From positions 41,208 to 105,207 of the forward strand of contig JANLZB010000038.1 in the NCBI GenBank assembly GCA_031366005.1: a DNA stretch of 64,000 nucleotides, written 5' to 3'. The notes under the pieces were generated by a model, which was given only the letters and a program-made list of their open reading frames with translations, made no database searches and was not told where the DNA came from. This document shows, one piece after another, positions 48,768 through 58,802 of the stretch. The stretch's first letter is position 1; the number at the start of each line of letters is the position of its first letter. A program made the position numbers and the translations under genes. Source of the DNA: Bacteroidota bacterium. Its GTDB lineage: Bacteria; Bacteroidota; Bacteroidia; AKYH767-A; OLB10.

Positions 48768-50603
48768 TCATTTCAATATTGAAATTTTTCGATAGGAAAT
48801 ATTATTATTTATATTCAAATGCAGCAGATATAATCCTGCCTGAAGTTTTGAAACATCAACCGTAATTTCTGAAGCACCATTCTGAATGGTTACATCCATC
48901 ACATTTAAAATATATTTTCCTGTAATTGAATAAACATCCAACATCACATGACTGGCTGATTGTAAATTCAATTTAACTGTTCCTGTTTCTGTTAATGGAT
49001 TCGGATAGATACTAAATGAATAATTGTTTTCATGCTCATTTACTCCAACCATTGACATACGATTTGAATACACGCTGTCACAATAAGTAAATGACCCGGC
49101 AGGACCACCCGCAGTTACACATACATAATACCATCCGCTGTCAGCATACTGATGTACAGGATTTAACCCGCTGCCAAATGTGCCATCTCCAAAATTCCAG
49201 ATGTATTGTGTCAATGCACAATTGTTAAATACGCCAAAGTTGATTGTGCCGTTTCCAAATGTTGAGTCAGGATAAGAATAGAAAACAGGTACACATGAAT
49301 TAGCAGGATTACCAACTATGATTGAATCGCAATAAGAATCGCAAATAGCCCCATTATAGTAGAGTGACAAACAAACAAGATAAGTACCTGATGCAGCATA
49401 TTGATGGAAGGGGCTGCTTTGAGTTGAACTGCTGCCATCACCGAAATACCAATATTGCCCAATGTAATTTCCTGAAGAAAGATTTGCGAATTGCACCCCA
49501 TTTGAAGTATCAGGCGATGCTGTGAAATAAGCCTGGCAGCCGGTAGAATTTCCTATGGTTATATAAGCACAATAAGTACTGGTGCAGCCTGGTAAAAAAG
49601 AAGTGATCGTAAGGCATACATAATAAGTTCCGTTTTGCGTAAATGTGTGATTAGGATTTTGAGAGGCGCTAAAGGTACTGTCGCCAAAATCCCAGTAATA
49701 CGAAGAACCGCCTGATGATAGATCTGTGAAGTTAACTATGCTTCCGTTTTGAGGATTATAATTGAAACTGAAATTTGCCTGGCACGAACCAGTGCTGGTG
49801 ATACTGATGCTGTCACAATAAGTATCAGTACAAGTTAGCGCAGAATCAGTGACGGTTAAACATACCTGGTAATTTCCAGTCTGCACATAAATATGAGTTG
49901 GATTTTGTGCGCTCGAATTAGTGCCATCACCAAATGTCCAGCTATAATTTAAACCGGATGTATTAGTGCTGAAAAAATAATAAGTGGATCCATTGTTTTG
50001 ATGGCTGAAATATGCATTGCATTGAGAGCCAATTCCCGAAACCGTTACCCAATCGCAATAGGAACAAGTTACCTGTTGATTTGAATCAAGTAAGTTTAAA
50101 CAAACAGAATATGTTCCGGATTGTGCATACACATGCAATGGATTGGATGCAGAAGAATATGTGCCATCACCAAAACTCCATTGCATACTCGAATATGTAC
50201 CCGTTGAATAATTGGTGAATGAAACATCCATTGTTCCACTGATTTGAAATCCTGTGAAATAAGCGACACAGTTTCCACCTGCAGGATTCCCAATAACCGT
50301 ATCACATGATGTAGATTGGCAAGGACCGTTGAAAGCATAAATAGTAAGGCATACATAAAAAGGTCCGACAGCATTATACTGATGTGTAATACTGGTAGTT
50401 TGTGAAGCTGTCATCATTCCTGTTCCATCACCAAACGACCACTGGGCAGTATCATACGTCCCTATTGAAGTATTGGTAAAGGTTGCAAGTCCATTACTGT
50501 CAATGGTCCAGTTAAATGATGCTGAGCATTGCGCGTTTACAAATTGTGATACTGATAACAGCAGCATCAACAGTAATAATTTTAAATAGGAGAATTGTTT
50601 CAT
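48768..50603 (-). CDS. PKD-repeat secreted protein with a C-terminal T9SS sorting domain
   Basis: 611 aa with a signal peptide. There are about 6 tandem repeats containing W(S/T)FGDGT...(S/A)xNPxHxY. The CTD reads SIYPNPLTETGTVKL...GLYLLHLNINNNISYRKISILK. Confidence 0.75.
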   Translation of the reverse strand: MKQFSYLKLLLLMLLLSVSQFVNAQCSASFNWTIDSNGLATFTNTSIGTYDTAQWSFGDGTGMMTASQTTSITHQYNAVGPFYVCLTIYAFNGPCQSTSCDTVIGNPAGGNCVAYFTGFQISGTMDVSFTNYSTGTYSSMQWSFGDGTYSSASNPLHVYAQSGTYSVCLNLLDSNQQVTCSYCDWVTVSGIGSQCNAYFSHQNNGSTYYFFSTNTSGLNYSWTFGDGTNSSAQNPTHIYVQTGNYQVCLTVTDSALTCTDTYCDSISITSTGSCQANFSFNYNPQNGSIVNFTDLSSGGSSYYWDFGDSTFSASQNPNHTFTQNGTYYVCLTITSFLPGCTSTYCAYITIGNSTGCQAYFTASPDTSNGVQFANLSSGNYIGQYWYFGDGSSSTQSSPFHQYAASGTYLVCLSLYYNGAICDSYCDSIIVGNPANSCVPVFYSYPDSTFGNGTINFGVFNNCALTQYIWNFGDGTFGSGLNPVHQYADSGWYYVCVTAGGPAGSFTYCDSVYSNRMSMVGVNEHENNYSFSIYPNPLTETGTVKLNLQSASHVMLDVYSITGKYILNVMDVTIQNGASEITVDVSKLQAGLYLLHLNINNNISYRKISILK

Positions 50604-50680
50604 AATATTTTTTTTGGTTTTATTAACGATACAAATGTATTCAGCTGTTAATCCTTTCTGAAACGAGTATTTCTGAATTC

Positions 50681-52159
50681 TTACGTGTTCAGTTTACGAA
50701 AACCAGCATTAATATTATTAATCCACTCTGCGTAACCAATGATTGCTGTTTCTTCCGTTTCCTTTTTATTTCTCTCCATAAAATGCGTTATTCTCATACG
50801 AAGATTTTTATTTTGTGAAGGCTGCGCTGAGTTGATTAAATCTTTCAGAATAAGCAATAAATCTTTCTCGTTCAGGTGTTCTTCTTTTGATAATAAATCC
50901 TTATAATCTTTTTTTACCTGCGCCATTTTATACTCTAAAACATCAAGGCTCTGTAATTCATAGCGTATGATCAACTCAGAAACCGCAATTTTAAATTTCA
51001 ATGAACGGTCAGCAGTTTTATAGCCATCTAATAAATACAATCTGGTGATGTGCTTAATTGCTTCTTTGTAGTTTTTTTTATCAAACCATTGCGTTGCCAG
51101 GTTGAGATAAACAAACAAATGATAAAACGAATTCGATTTTATTTTTTCATTGTCCTTTAAATCTTCAAGAATTTCAATCGCTTTGTCTTTATCAAGAATG
51201 GAATAATTAATCACCAGCGAATTATAATAAAAGAAAAAATATTTGTCATAAAGTATATGATGAAACTCTTCCATTGCAATGCGTAACCGTTCAGCATATT
51301 GTAATGATTGTCTGATCTTATTGTTTTTAAAAAGTGTGTTTACAATATAGGTAAGCATTTGCAGCTTGGTGTCATGATTATTTTTATTAAATAATTTTTC
51401 TTTTTCAAACTCTTTGTAAATATTCAATAGATATTGTTCCAGTGGTTTGTAATCATGCCGTTGTAACAACACCTGGCTTACTGCCCGATAAATTCTAAAT
51501 CTAAGCGTAGGGCTTTTTTTCAAATCTCTGTCTAAAACAAAATCATCAGTTGTTTGTTTTAACAAATCCAGCAAGGGGTTTTTTTCAGGAGAAAAATTTT
51601 GAGTGGTCTTCAAACGATAAGTAACCACCGCCAGCAAATCATCAATAGCTCTTAATTCATGAATCTGTTGCTGATTCTTTTTTCTTTTCTCAATATATCC
51701 TTCCGGATTGATGTGTAAAGTTTCCTGTGATAAACGAATGTATTCTCCGTAAATAATATCCAGCAACTCAAAGCTTTCCAATGATTTTGCTCCACCTTCT
51801 GCTTTTTTTAAATAATATTCAGCCTCGTTCAGCTTGATGTTATCTGCAAAATATTTGTACAATGCCAGCATGTGACAGGTGTAAATAAAATCATCGTCTT
51901 CAAAATGCTGAATAGAAATACTTTTATTCAAATCATTCAGCAACCGGTGCTTCAAGCGGTAAAATGCATTCTTGTCCTTTGAACCATATAGCTTATTAAA
52001 AATTTTTTCCTCATTGTGTGCTGCACCGTTTTTACGGATATAATCAAACAGTAAAATATCTTTCCGGTCATCGGGTGTCTTTGTTCTGCCTGCAAATAAT
52101 TTAAAGAAACGAATTTGCTCTTTGTTCATGCCGGTAATTAATTGTTGTAAAATATTCAT
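50681..52159 (-). CDS. hypothetical helical (regulator-like) protein; paralog of 20240..21640
   Basis: Start taken at MNILQQLITGMNKEQIRFFKLF. The longer ORF would overlap the divergent gene. All-helical, TPR-like. It lies divergent from one T9SS cargo gene and adjacent to another. Confidence 0.4.
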   Translation of the reverse strand: MNILQQLITGMNKEQIRFFKLFAGRTKTPDDRKDILLFDYIRKNGAAHNEEKIFNKLYGSKDKNAFYRLKHRLLNDLNKSISIQHFEDDDFIYTCHMLALYKYFADNIKLNEAEYYLKKAEGGAKSLESFELLDIIYGEYIRLSQETLHINPEGYIEKRKKNQQQIHELRAIDDLLAVVTYRLKTTQNFSPEKNPLLDLLKQTTDDFVLDRDLKKSPTLRFRIYRAVSQVLLQRHDYKPLEQYLLNIYKEFEKEKLFNKNNHDTKLQMLTYIVNTLFKNNKIRQSLQYAERLRIAMEEFHHILYDKYFFFYYNSLVINYSILDKDKAIEILEDLKDNEKIKSNSFYHLFVYLNLATQWFDKKNYKEAIKHITRLYLLDGYKTADRSLKFKIAVSELIIRYELQSLDVLEYKMAQVKKDYKDLLSKEEHLNEKDLLLILKDLINSAQPSQNKNLRMRITHFMERNKKETEETAIIGYAEWINNINAGFRKLNT

Positions 52160-52242
52160 GTTTGAGCGCGTAATATTTTCCAAAATTAAGCCTTGTGATC
52201 CGATTAACAATACATAGATTTGTTTCACACAATAAGAAAACA

Positions 52243-52929
52243 ATGAACAGGCTGTTGGCAATATTGAGTTTTGTATTCGTTATGATGGGCGGGTACAATC
52301 AAAAGGCACAGGCACAGGTGCACTTAACGATTGATTCGCTCATCAATTTTCCTGATACCGCTTTCATAGGTCAGGCTTATCCTATAGCTATACGCATTAA
52401 GAACATTGGCAACCAACCTTACCAGGGACCATTACAAGTTGGCTTGATGCAGGATAGTGCTTTTACTTATCTCTATTACAATCAAAACCCTTCAATTGTT
52501 ATTTTTCCTAACGATACATTAACCTTATATACTGCAAACGGAATGTTAGGTTTTGTATTCGATTCGGCTGTTTTTCGTCCGGGTAATAATGTGGTGGTGG
52601 TATGGCCTTATTCAACGCAGAGTTCAACTCAGGTTGACAGTATGACAACTCAAGTATTTGTGCAGTACACTACAGGAATTAAAAATAATCTGACTGATGT
52701 TAAATTGCAGGTGTATCCTAATCCATTTAAAGACAAAATATCTTTTACAGGTAACATCAAATCAGATATTGAACGCGTAAGAATTATTTCACTGGAAGGG
52801 ATTGTTATATATGATAAAAAGTTTTTAAATCCATCCCTCTTGTTAAATGGATTACAACCCGGCTGGTACATGGTTGATGTGGAAGTGAGAGAAGGAAAAC
52901 ACCTTTATTGTAAAATGATAAAAGAATAA
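52243..52929 (+). CDS. small secreted protein with a C-terminal T9SS sorting domain
   Basis: Start at MNRLLAILSFVFVMMGG (signal peptide). The CTD reads VKLQVYPNPFKDKISFTGN...GWYMVDVEVREGKHLYCKMIKE. Confidence 0.6.
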   Translation: MNRLLAILSFVFVMMGGYNQKAQAQVHLTIDSLINFPDTAFIGQAYPIAIRIKNIGNQPYQGPLQVGLMQDSAFTYLYYNQNPSIVIFPNDTLTLYTANGMLGFVFDSAVFRPGNNVVVVWPYSTQSSTQVDSMTTQVFVQYTTGIKNNLTDVKLQVYPNPFKDKISFTGNIKSDIERVRIISLEGIVIYDKKFLNPSLLLNGLQPGWYMVDVEVREGKHLYCKMIKE

Positions 52930-52947
52930 TACTTAATCAAATAATTC

Positions 52948-52985
52948 CTCGCAACCGGGCTGCAGGGTTGCGCATAATTTTTAGC
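52948..52985 (+). terminator. rho-independent terminator (GC-rich stem CGCAACC/GGTTGCG with 9-nt loop, followed by T5)
   Basis: It lies directly downstream of the 52243..52929 gene. Confidence 0.55.
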
Positions 52986-53311
52986 CACTAATTTCAAGAA
53001 TTAACACAAACCCATTTTATCTTATACAAATCAATTAGTGCCAATTTGTGTAATTTGTGGCAAGATATCTCGCAGCTTGGCTACGGGAGGTATTCATTAT
53101 TTTCTTTCCAATAACTCTTATTTGAAATTATCAGGAGTGTAGTTTACAGTCTAACTAAACACTATCAAATAAAATACAATGAATGCATTTGATATTTTTG
53201 CCACTCTGAAAAAGTTTACGGTTTTCAGTTAACAATTTCTTGCGATAGTCATTCACACATTCGTTTAGTTACGTTAGAAGAAAAACCGTAAACCGTAAAT
53301 TGTAAAATTCT

Positions 53312-55561
53312 ATGCGTTATCTCGTTACAGCTGCGCTTCCTTATGCAAATGGTCCTCTTCACATTGGTCATATTGCAGGATGCTATTTGCCGGCTGATAT
53401 TTATGTGCGTTACCTGCGACTGATCAATGAAGATGTAAAATTTATTTGTGGTTCAGATGAGCATGGTGTGCCGATCACAATCAAAGCGCGTAATGAAGGC
53501 GTAACTCCTCAACAGGTTGTAGATAAATATCACAGCATAATGAAAAATTCTTTTGCGGAGTTTGGAATTTCATTTGATATTTATTCGCGAACAACAAACA
53601 AAGTACATCACGAAACAGCGCAGGCATTTTTTAAAAAGCTGTATGATGATAAAGTTTTTACAGAAGAAATTACGGAGCAATATTATGATGAGGAAGTAAA
53701 ACAATTTTTGGCAGATCGCTATATTGAAGGTACTTGTCCTCGTTGTGGTTTTGCACGTGCTTATGGTGATCAGTGCGAGAACTGCGGTTCATCATTAAAC
53801 CCCACTGATTTAATAAATCCTGTTTCAAAGCTGAGTGGTAAAGCGCCTGTGTTACGCAAAACAAAGAATTGGTTTTTGCCTTTAAACAAGTTTGAAAAGG
53901 ATTTAAAAAAATGGATTGGCTCGCACCAGGAAGACTGGAAAGTAAATGTGTATGGTCAGTGTATGAGTTGGTTGAACACAGGATTGCAGCCGCGAGCAAT
54001 GACGCGTGATCTTGATTGGGGTGTAAAAGTTCCGTTGCCTGATACAGAAGGAAAAGTATTAGACGTTTGGTTCGATGCACCGATTGGTTATATCTCTGCA
54101 ACAAAGGAGCTTTTTGAAAAGGAGGCAGGAGGCAGGAAGCAGGAGGCAGGGGAAAATAAGTTGGCAATTGGCAGTGGGCAGTTGGCAAAAGAAAAAAAAG
54201 AAGAAGAAAATAAAACAAGTGAACAATTATCCGAGACGACTCCCCTCTCCTTTGGAGAGGGGCAAGGGGGAGAGGTCTGGGAGCAATATTGGAAACAACA
54301 ACCCAACCCAAAAGATAATCCAAAGCTCATTCATTTTATTGGAAAGGATAATATTGTTTTTCATTGTTTGATATTTCCTGCCATGTTGAATGCGCATGGT
54401 GATTATGTGTTGCCAACCAATGTTCCGGCTAATGAGTTTTTAAATCTGGAAGGAGATAAGATTTCCACTTCACGAAACTGGGCAGTGTGGCTGCACGAAT
54501 ATTTAATTGATTTCAAAGACAAGCAGGATGTGTTGCGTTATGTATTGTGTGCAACAGCACCCGAAACAAAAGATAATGATTTTACCTGGAGAGATTTTCA
54601 GGCGCGCAACAACAATGAGTTGGTAGCAGTGTTTGGAAATTTTGTTAACCGCACGTTAGTACTCACACAAAAATATTTTGAAGGGAAAGTTCCTCCACAT
54701 CACAAACTGACAGATGCTGATCAGGAATGTATTTCTGCAATACAGGCAGCAAAAAGAAACATCAGTGACAGCATTGAGAAATTCCGTTTCCGTGAAGCGT
54801 TGAATGAGCTGATGACATTAGCTCGTGTAGGAAATAAATATTTAGCCGACACGGAACCGTGGAAAGTTTATAAAACAGATCCGCAACGTGTGGAAACAAT
54901 ATTATATATCGCTTTAGAAATAACAGCGTATCTCGCTGCATTATGCGAACCGTTTCTGCCGCACACATCTGCAAGCTTATATACAATGCTCAATCTTGAA
55001 AAATTAAACTGGGCAAAAGATTTAAAAGGACAAATATTAAAACCCGGACATGTAATGGGCGAAGTAAAATTATTGTTTGAAAAAATAGAAGATGAAATGA
55101 TAGAGAAACAGGTGGATAAATTACATGCTTCGAAAGAAGTGAATGCAATTCAGGAGGCAGGAAGCAGGAAGCAGGAAGCAGTGGGAAACAAAGTGGACAA
55201 AATCACGAAAGACGATTCCCTCTCCTTGGGAGAGGGTAAGGTCTCTTACGATGATTTCAGCAAGATGGATTTGCGTGTTGCAACAATAATTGCTGCAGAA
55301 AAAGTTGAGAAGGCAGATAAATTATTAAAGCTTACGCTTGATACAGGCATTGACCAACGCACAGTGGTAAGTGGAATTGCATTGCATTATAAGCCGGAAG
55401 AAATTATAGGACAACGCGTGACATTGCTTGCAAATCTTGCACCGCGTAAAATCCGTGGCATTGAATCAAAAGGAATGATTTTGATGGCAGAGAATGAAAA
55501 AGGAGAATTGTGTTTCATTGCTCCTACAAAAGATTTTGCTAATGGGAGTGGTATCAGTTAA
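53312..55561 (+). CDS. metG: methionyl-tRNA synthetase with C-terminal tRNA-binding (EMAP-like) domain; carries two in-frame repeat-element insertions
   Basis: 749 aa. The HIGH motif is [11 protein letters not shown]. The zinc knuckle is CPRCG...CENCG. KMSKS-type and anticodon domains are present. The C-terminus reads ...[27 protein letters not shown]... Extra segments interrupt the conserved connective peptide and the linker: [13 protein letters not shown]...[11 protein letters not shown] and [13 protein letters not shown]...SLSLGEGK. Confidence 0.9.
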   Translation: MRYLVTAALPYANGPLHIGHIAGCYLPADIYVRYLRLINEDVKFICGSDEHGVPITIKARNEGVTPQQVVDKYHSIMKNSFAEFGISFDIYSRTTNKVHHETAQAFFKKLYDDKVFTEEITEQYYDEEVKQFLADRYIEGTCPRCGFARAYGDQCENCGSSLNPTDLINPVSKLSGKAPVLRKTKNWFLPLNKFEKDLKKWIGSHQEDWKVNVYGQCMSWLNTGLQPRAMTRDLDWGVKVPLPDTEGKVLDVWFDAPIGYISATKELFEKEAGGRKQEAGENKLAIGSGQLAKEKKEEENKTSEQLSETTPLSFGEGQGGEVWEQYWKQQPNPKDNPKLIHFIGKDNIVFHCLIFPAMLNAHGDYVLPTNVPANEFLNLEGDKISTSRNWAVWLHEYLIDFKDKQDVLRYVLCATAPETKDNDFTWRDFQARNNNELVAVFGNFVNRTLVLTQKYFEGKVPPHHKLTDADQECISAIQAAKRNISDSIEKFRFREALNELMTLARVGNKYLADTEPWKVYKTDPQRVETILYIALEITAYLAALCEPFLPHTSASLYTMLNLEKLNWAKDLKGQILKPGHVMGEVKLLFEKIEDEMIEKQVDKLHASKEVNAIQEAGSRKQEAVGNKVDKITKDDSLSLGEGKVSYDDFSKMDLRVATIIAAEKVEKADKLLKLTLDTGIDQRTVVSGIALHYKPEEIIGQRVTLLANLAPRKIRGIESKGMILMAENEKGELCFIAPTKDFANGSGIS
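54118..54280 (+). repeat. intragenic repeat element copy 1 inside metG (GGAGGCAGGAGGCAGGAAGCAGGAGGCAGG ... CCCCTCTCC-TTT-GGAGAGGGG CAAGGGGGAGAGGTC)
   Basis: Read directly. It is in frame with metG and has the same 5' and 3' modules as copy 2. Confidence 0.75.
55152..55247 (+). repeat. intragenic repeat element copy 2 inside metG (CAGGAGGCAGGAAGCAGGAAGCAGGAAGCAG ... CCCTCTCC-TTG-GGAGAGGG TAAGGTCTC)
   Basis: Read directly. It is in frame, located in the linker before the C-terminal tRNA-binding domain. Confidence 0.75.
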
Positions 55562-55600
55562 GAGCGAATTAATTTTTTTCAAGCTCCTTCAAATCCAAAT

Positions 55601-55662
55601 AAGTTGAATAGTTAATAGACAGAAATATTTTTTTGTCTATTAACTATTCAACTTACTTTTTT
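55601..55662 (+). terminator. strong hairpin terminator (perfect 20-bp arms AAGTTGAATAGTTAATAGAC / GTCTATTAACTATTCAACTT) followed by T-run; shared by convergent metG and the downstream T9SS gene
   Basis: Read directly. ACTTTTTTG follows the stem on the plus strand. Confidence 0.7.
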
Positions 55663-55674
55663 GATTAACAAGTT

Positions 55675-58647
55675 TTAATTCTTCACAATTCTTAAAACAG
55701 CATTTCCGTTTTCAGTTATCACATGCACAAAATACAACCCTGTTGCACCATGAATATTCTCAATAATATTACTTGTTGAATGAGGTTGCTTTTGTGAAAT
55801 TACCTGTCCGAATACATTGCAAACTTTTATATCCACATCATGATAAATTTTCCCCAAGTCAATATTAAAAGTTCCGTTATTGGGATTTGGATAAATATTA
55901 GCGCTCAATCCATTGCCTGAATTTTCTTTTATTCCAACTACATCAACAAGCGTGTGTGCAACATTAGTTGCTACAGGAAGATTGTAATCAAAATAAATAT
56001 AAGCAGAATTATTTATCGTGTTTCCAATCGTAAGCGTGTTCTGTGGCTTAATTTTATAGGCAATATAACCATGACTTGCTGTTTCATTTACATTACTGTC
56101 AGGAAGATTGATATTGTTAAACTGCCATTTTAAAATATTTCCATCTGTTATTGTGAGGTTGTAAGGATGGCTCGCACTTTCCATTTCTAAACTGTTCCAG
56201 TTAAGATTTGTACTCAAAGTATCTTTTACTATTACTGTAAATGCTGTATCTGTTCCGGTATTCTGAAACCGGATGAGATAATGTAAATACTCTCCACTAT
56301 TTACTTGTGTAGGAGTTATAGATGGTCCTCCAAGCATTGTTTTATCATTGGGATCAAAGGAGCCAGCAATATCTTGAGTAATTATCATTCCATTATCTGA
56401 TGGAATACTGTCAGACGTTATAGGATAAATAAATGCTATCAGACCTATTGTATCACCAATGTTTAAGAAAGGGGTTGCCGCATTGTGCAAACGGACATTT
56501 AAAATCCTGGTTTCGTTCGGGGAAAGATTGTAATAATTAAAAACAAGAGTGTTGGCTATTATGCTACTTGTTCCAATGGATGAGCTTACATAGGTTTGAT
56601 TATTATTAATTATAAAATAAATATTTCCGGTAATTGTTAATGTGCCCACATTCGAATAAATCAACTCGTAAGTCCCATCAAAACCTGGAACTGCATTAGT
56701 GGTAGGTATAAGGCTAATCTTCAAATCTTGTATGCCTGGTATAGGTGCCAATGCAAAATTTACTGTATCAATATTATTGTAAGTTGCAAAGGTGGAAGCA
56801 TGTTGTGTAGGATTTGAAATATAATAATGAAGGTTTGGTAAGAAAGTAGTACTCGTACCTGTATCTAATGAGTTTTCAAAGTATCCATTATTATCCGTCA
56901 TGCTTGAATAGGTCAAATTATTACCTGTTGATTGAACTTTTAAATGTTTATAAGCGGATTCATTATTATCCCAAATACCATTCTGATTAATGTCAATGAA
57001 GCAATGTCCGGAAATTGTATTGGAGTATATCCTGGAAAAAACTCTTGCATAAATAATGTCACTTGGACTAAGCAGATTATTTGACATCTGAGTAGCATTA
57101 TCAGATAACGAATGCCCCGGTGCAGGATCACGTTGATAAACAATATGAACATCCTTATCTACAAAGGATGCAACGCTGGGCCACACAGCTTCCTGAAAAT
57201 CTCCATCCGGAGAAGGGTTTAATGTGTAGGGTGATGTCCATGTTAAACCGCCATCAGTAGAAGAAATCAAAAAGATATGCCGAAAAGATTCTTGCCATGC
57301 AGTGGTATCTGCTCTTTCATCAAGCGCAGAATAAGCTATATAAATATTATTGCTGCTGTCAATACCGATGGAGGGCTGTGCGCATAAACCAACATTGTAT
57401 AAACCCACTCCCGGATCAGTAGTGTCCATAGGATTAGTAGCCACATCTATAAAACCATTGCCATTGAAATCTTCTGCTGAAGCTATAATAGCAGGAGCTG
57501 TCATACCTTCTCTCCAATAATATAGGCCAGTGTTATCAAGAGGGTAATAACTTACTTCAGTGTTGCCGGAATCTTCTGAAACAAACATGTGACTGAATGA
57601 AACATGGCAAATATTCCCTGTATCAATTATTACAGTTACATCACCTGCATTACTAGAAACTAATTCACCTATTCCATCTCCGGTTGTATCTGTGTTCATA
57701 GTGTTCGGATTATATATCGATCCGAGAGGAAAAGGAAGGATAACAGTCCGTACCCAGGATATTCCACCATCAATAGATTTTAAAAGAACTACATCATTAG
57801 TAAACCCGCCAATTACAATCGCTACAACATCACCGCGCGCATCAATATGATAATCTTCAGCTCCTACGCCATACATGAAAGTTGAATCGGTACCGGGAAT
57901 TTGTATGTGATCATCCACCCATGTAATTCCTCCATCCGTTGAACGGCTATAAGTAAGGGGGTCGTTTTGCCCTAAAATGGGTACAGTCTCCATTCCTTGT
58001 GAGTTTGTTATAACATGCAATGTATTTCCTGTGCTACCACCAGCAGCAAAACGTGGCCATAAATCTTGCTGAATCGGAAATAATGCCCAATTTCCTACTG
58101 TATCCTTAGTCCATGATCCTGTTCCTTTAATAAATCTTTTAGCTAATGTTATTCCTGAATCACCATGTGCAACTATAAATTCTCCAGCTTGGGTTATGTC
58201 AATATTAGGAAAAGCTCCAGATGTATCAAGAGAATTCATTGGGGGAGGAAGCCAAGCTGTTCCATTATAATAGTTGTAGCCTGTGTTACTTTTATCAGGT
58301 AAACCACCTGGATTAACCTGTGTCCAAACTGCCGAAATTGTTCCATCACCATTATTTGAAACACGATTTCCAACACTCTTATTACTTTGTAAATCATAAA
58401 TGGTTCTGCCAATTAGAGTTTCCGTTAAAGTTGATGAAATCTTCTGCTCTCCAATTTCAGTAGAGGGGGATTGCATTTTCTTTCTCTTGGAAATAACATC
58501 TTGGATTGAACAAGCCATTTGCGCTTTCATTGTTTTCATTTTAACTGATGCTGGTTTACTTTTTATAGCAGTAGAGTGATTTAAAGTTTTTGTGTAAGCA
58601 GAAAGGCTAATGTTTACTGTTAAAATAAAGAGTAGTAGTTTTTTCAT
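55675..58647 (-). CDS. large secreted BNR/sialidase-like repeat protein with a C-terminal T9SS sorting domain
   Basis: Start at MKKLLLFILTVNISLSAY. The Asp-box repeats are STDGGITW and STDGGLTW. The CTD reads IYPNPNNGTFNIDLG...GLYFVHVITENGNAVLRIVKN. Confidence 0.75.
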   Translation of the reverse strand: MKKLLLFILTVNISLSAYTKTLNHSTAIKSKPASVKMKTMKAQMACSIQDVISKRKKMQSPSTEIGEQKISSTLTETLIGRTIYDLQSNKSVGNRVSNNGDGTISAVWTQVNPGGLPDKSNTGYNYYNGTAWLPPPMNSLDTSGAFPNIDITQAGEFIVAHGDSGITLAKRFIKGTGSWTKDTVGNWALFPIQQDLWPRFAAGGSTGNTLHVITNSQGMETVPILGQNDPLTYSRSTDGGITWVDDHIQIPGTDSTFMYGVGAEDYHIDARGDVVAIVIGGFTNDVVLLKSIDGGISWVRTVILPFPLGSIYNPNTMNTDTTGDGIGELVSSNAGDVTVIIDTGNICHVSFSHMFVSEDSGNTEVSYYPLDNTGLYYWREGMTAPAIIASAEDFNGNGFIDVATNPMDTTDPGVGLYNVGLCAQPSIGIDSSNNIYIAYSALDERADTTAWQESFRHIFLISSTDGGLTWTSPYTLNPSPDGDFQEAVWPSVASFVDKDVHIVYQRDPAPGHSLSDNATQMSNNLLSPSDIIYARVFSRIYSNTISGHCFIDINQNGIWDNNESAYKHLKVQSTGNNLTYSSMTDNNGYFENSLDTGTSTTFLPNLHYYISNPTQHASTFATYNNIDTVNFALAPIPGIQDLKISLIPTTNAVPGFDGTYELIYSNVGTLTITGNIYFIINNNQTYVSSSIGTSSIIANTLVFNYYNLSPNETRILNVRLHNAATPFLNIGDTIGLIAFIYPITSDSIPSDNGMIITQDIAGSFDPNDKTMLGGPSITPTQVNSGEYLHYLIRFQNTGTDTAFTVIVKDTLSTNLNWNSLEMESASHPYNLTITDGNILKWQFNNINLPDSNVNETASHGYIAYKIKPQNTLTIGNTINNSAYIYFDYNLPVATNVAHTLVDVVGIKENSGNGLSANIYPNPNNGTFNIDLGKIYHDVDIKVCNVFGQVISQKQPHSTSNIIENIHGATGLYFVHVITENGNAVLRIVKN

Positions 58648-58802
58648 GATTAAGTAGATTAAGAACATATCAAATGTAATCTCTTTTGATGCAGTTCAGT
58701 ACTGAACGTGTAATTGCAGTGTCATATTAGCAAATCGCATCAATAAAAAATTTCTTTCTTGCCTATGTTTGTTGCAAGTGATCAGCGTACATTAGCAATC
58801 AA

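Noticed and set aside
53670-54330. Minus-strand ORFs (217 aa and 80 aa) overlapping metG
   Set aside because: They lie inside an essential, clearly intact gene. Their Pro/Leu/Ser-rich low-complexity translation is driven by the GC-rich repeat insertions. No start context or domain is present.
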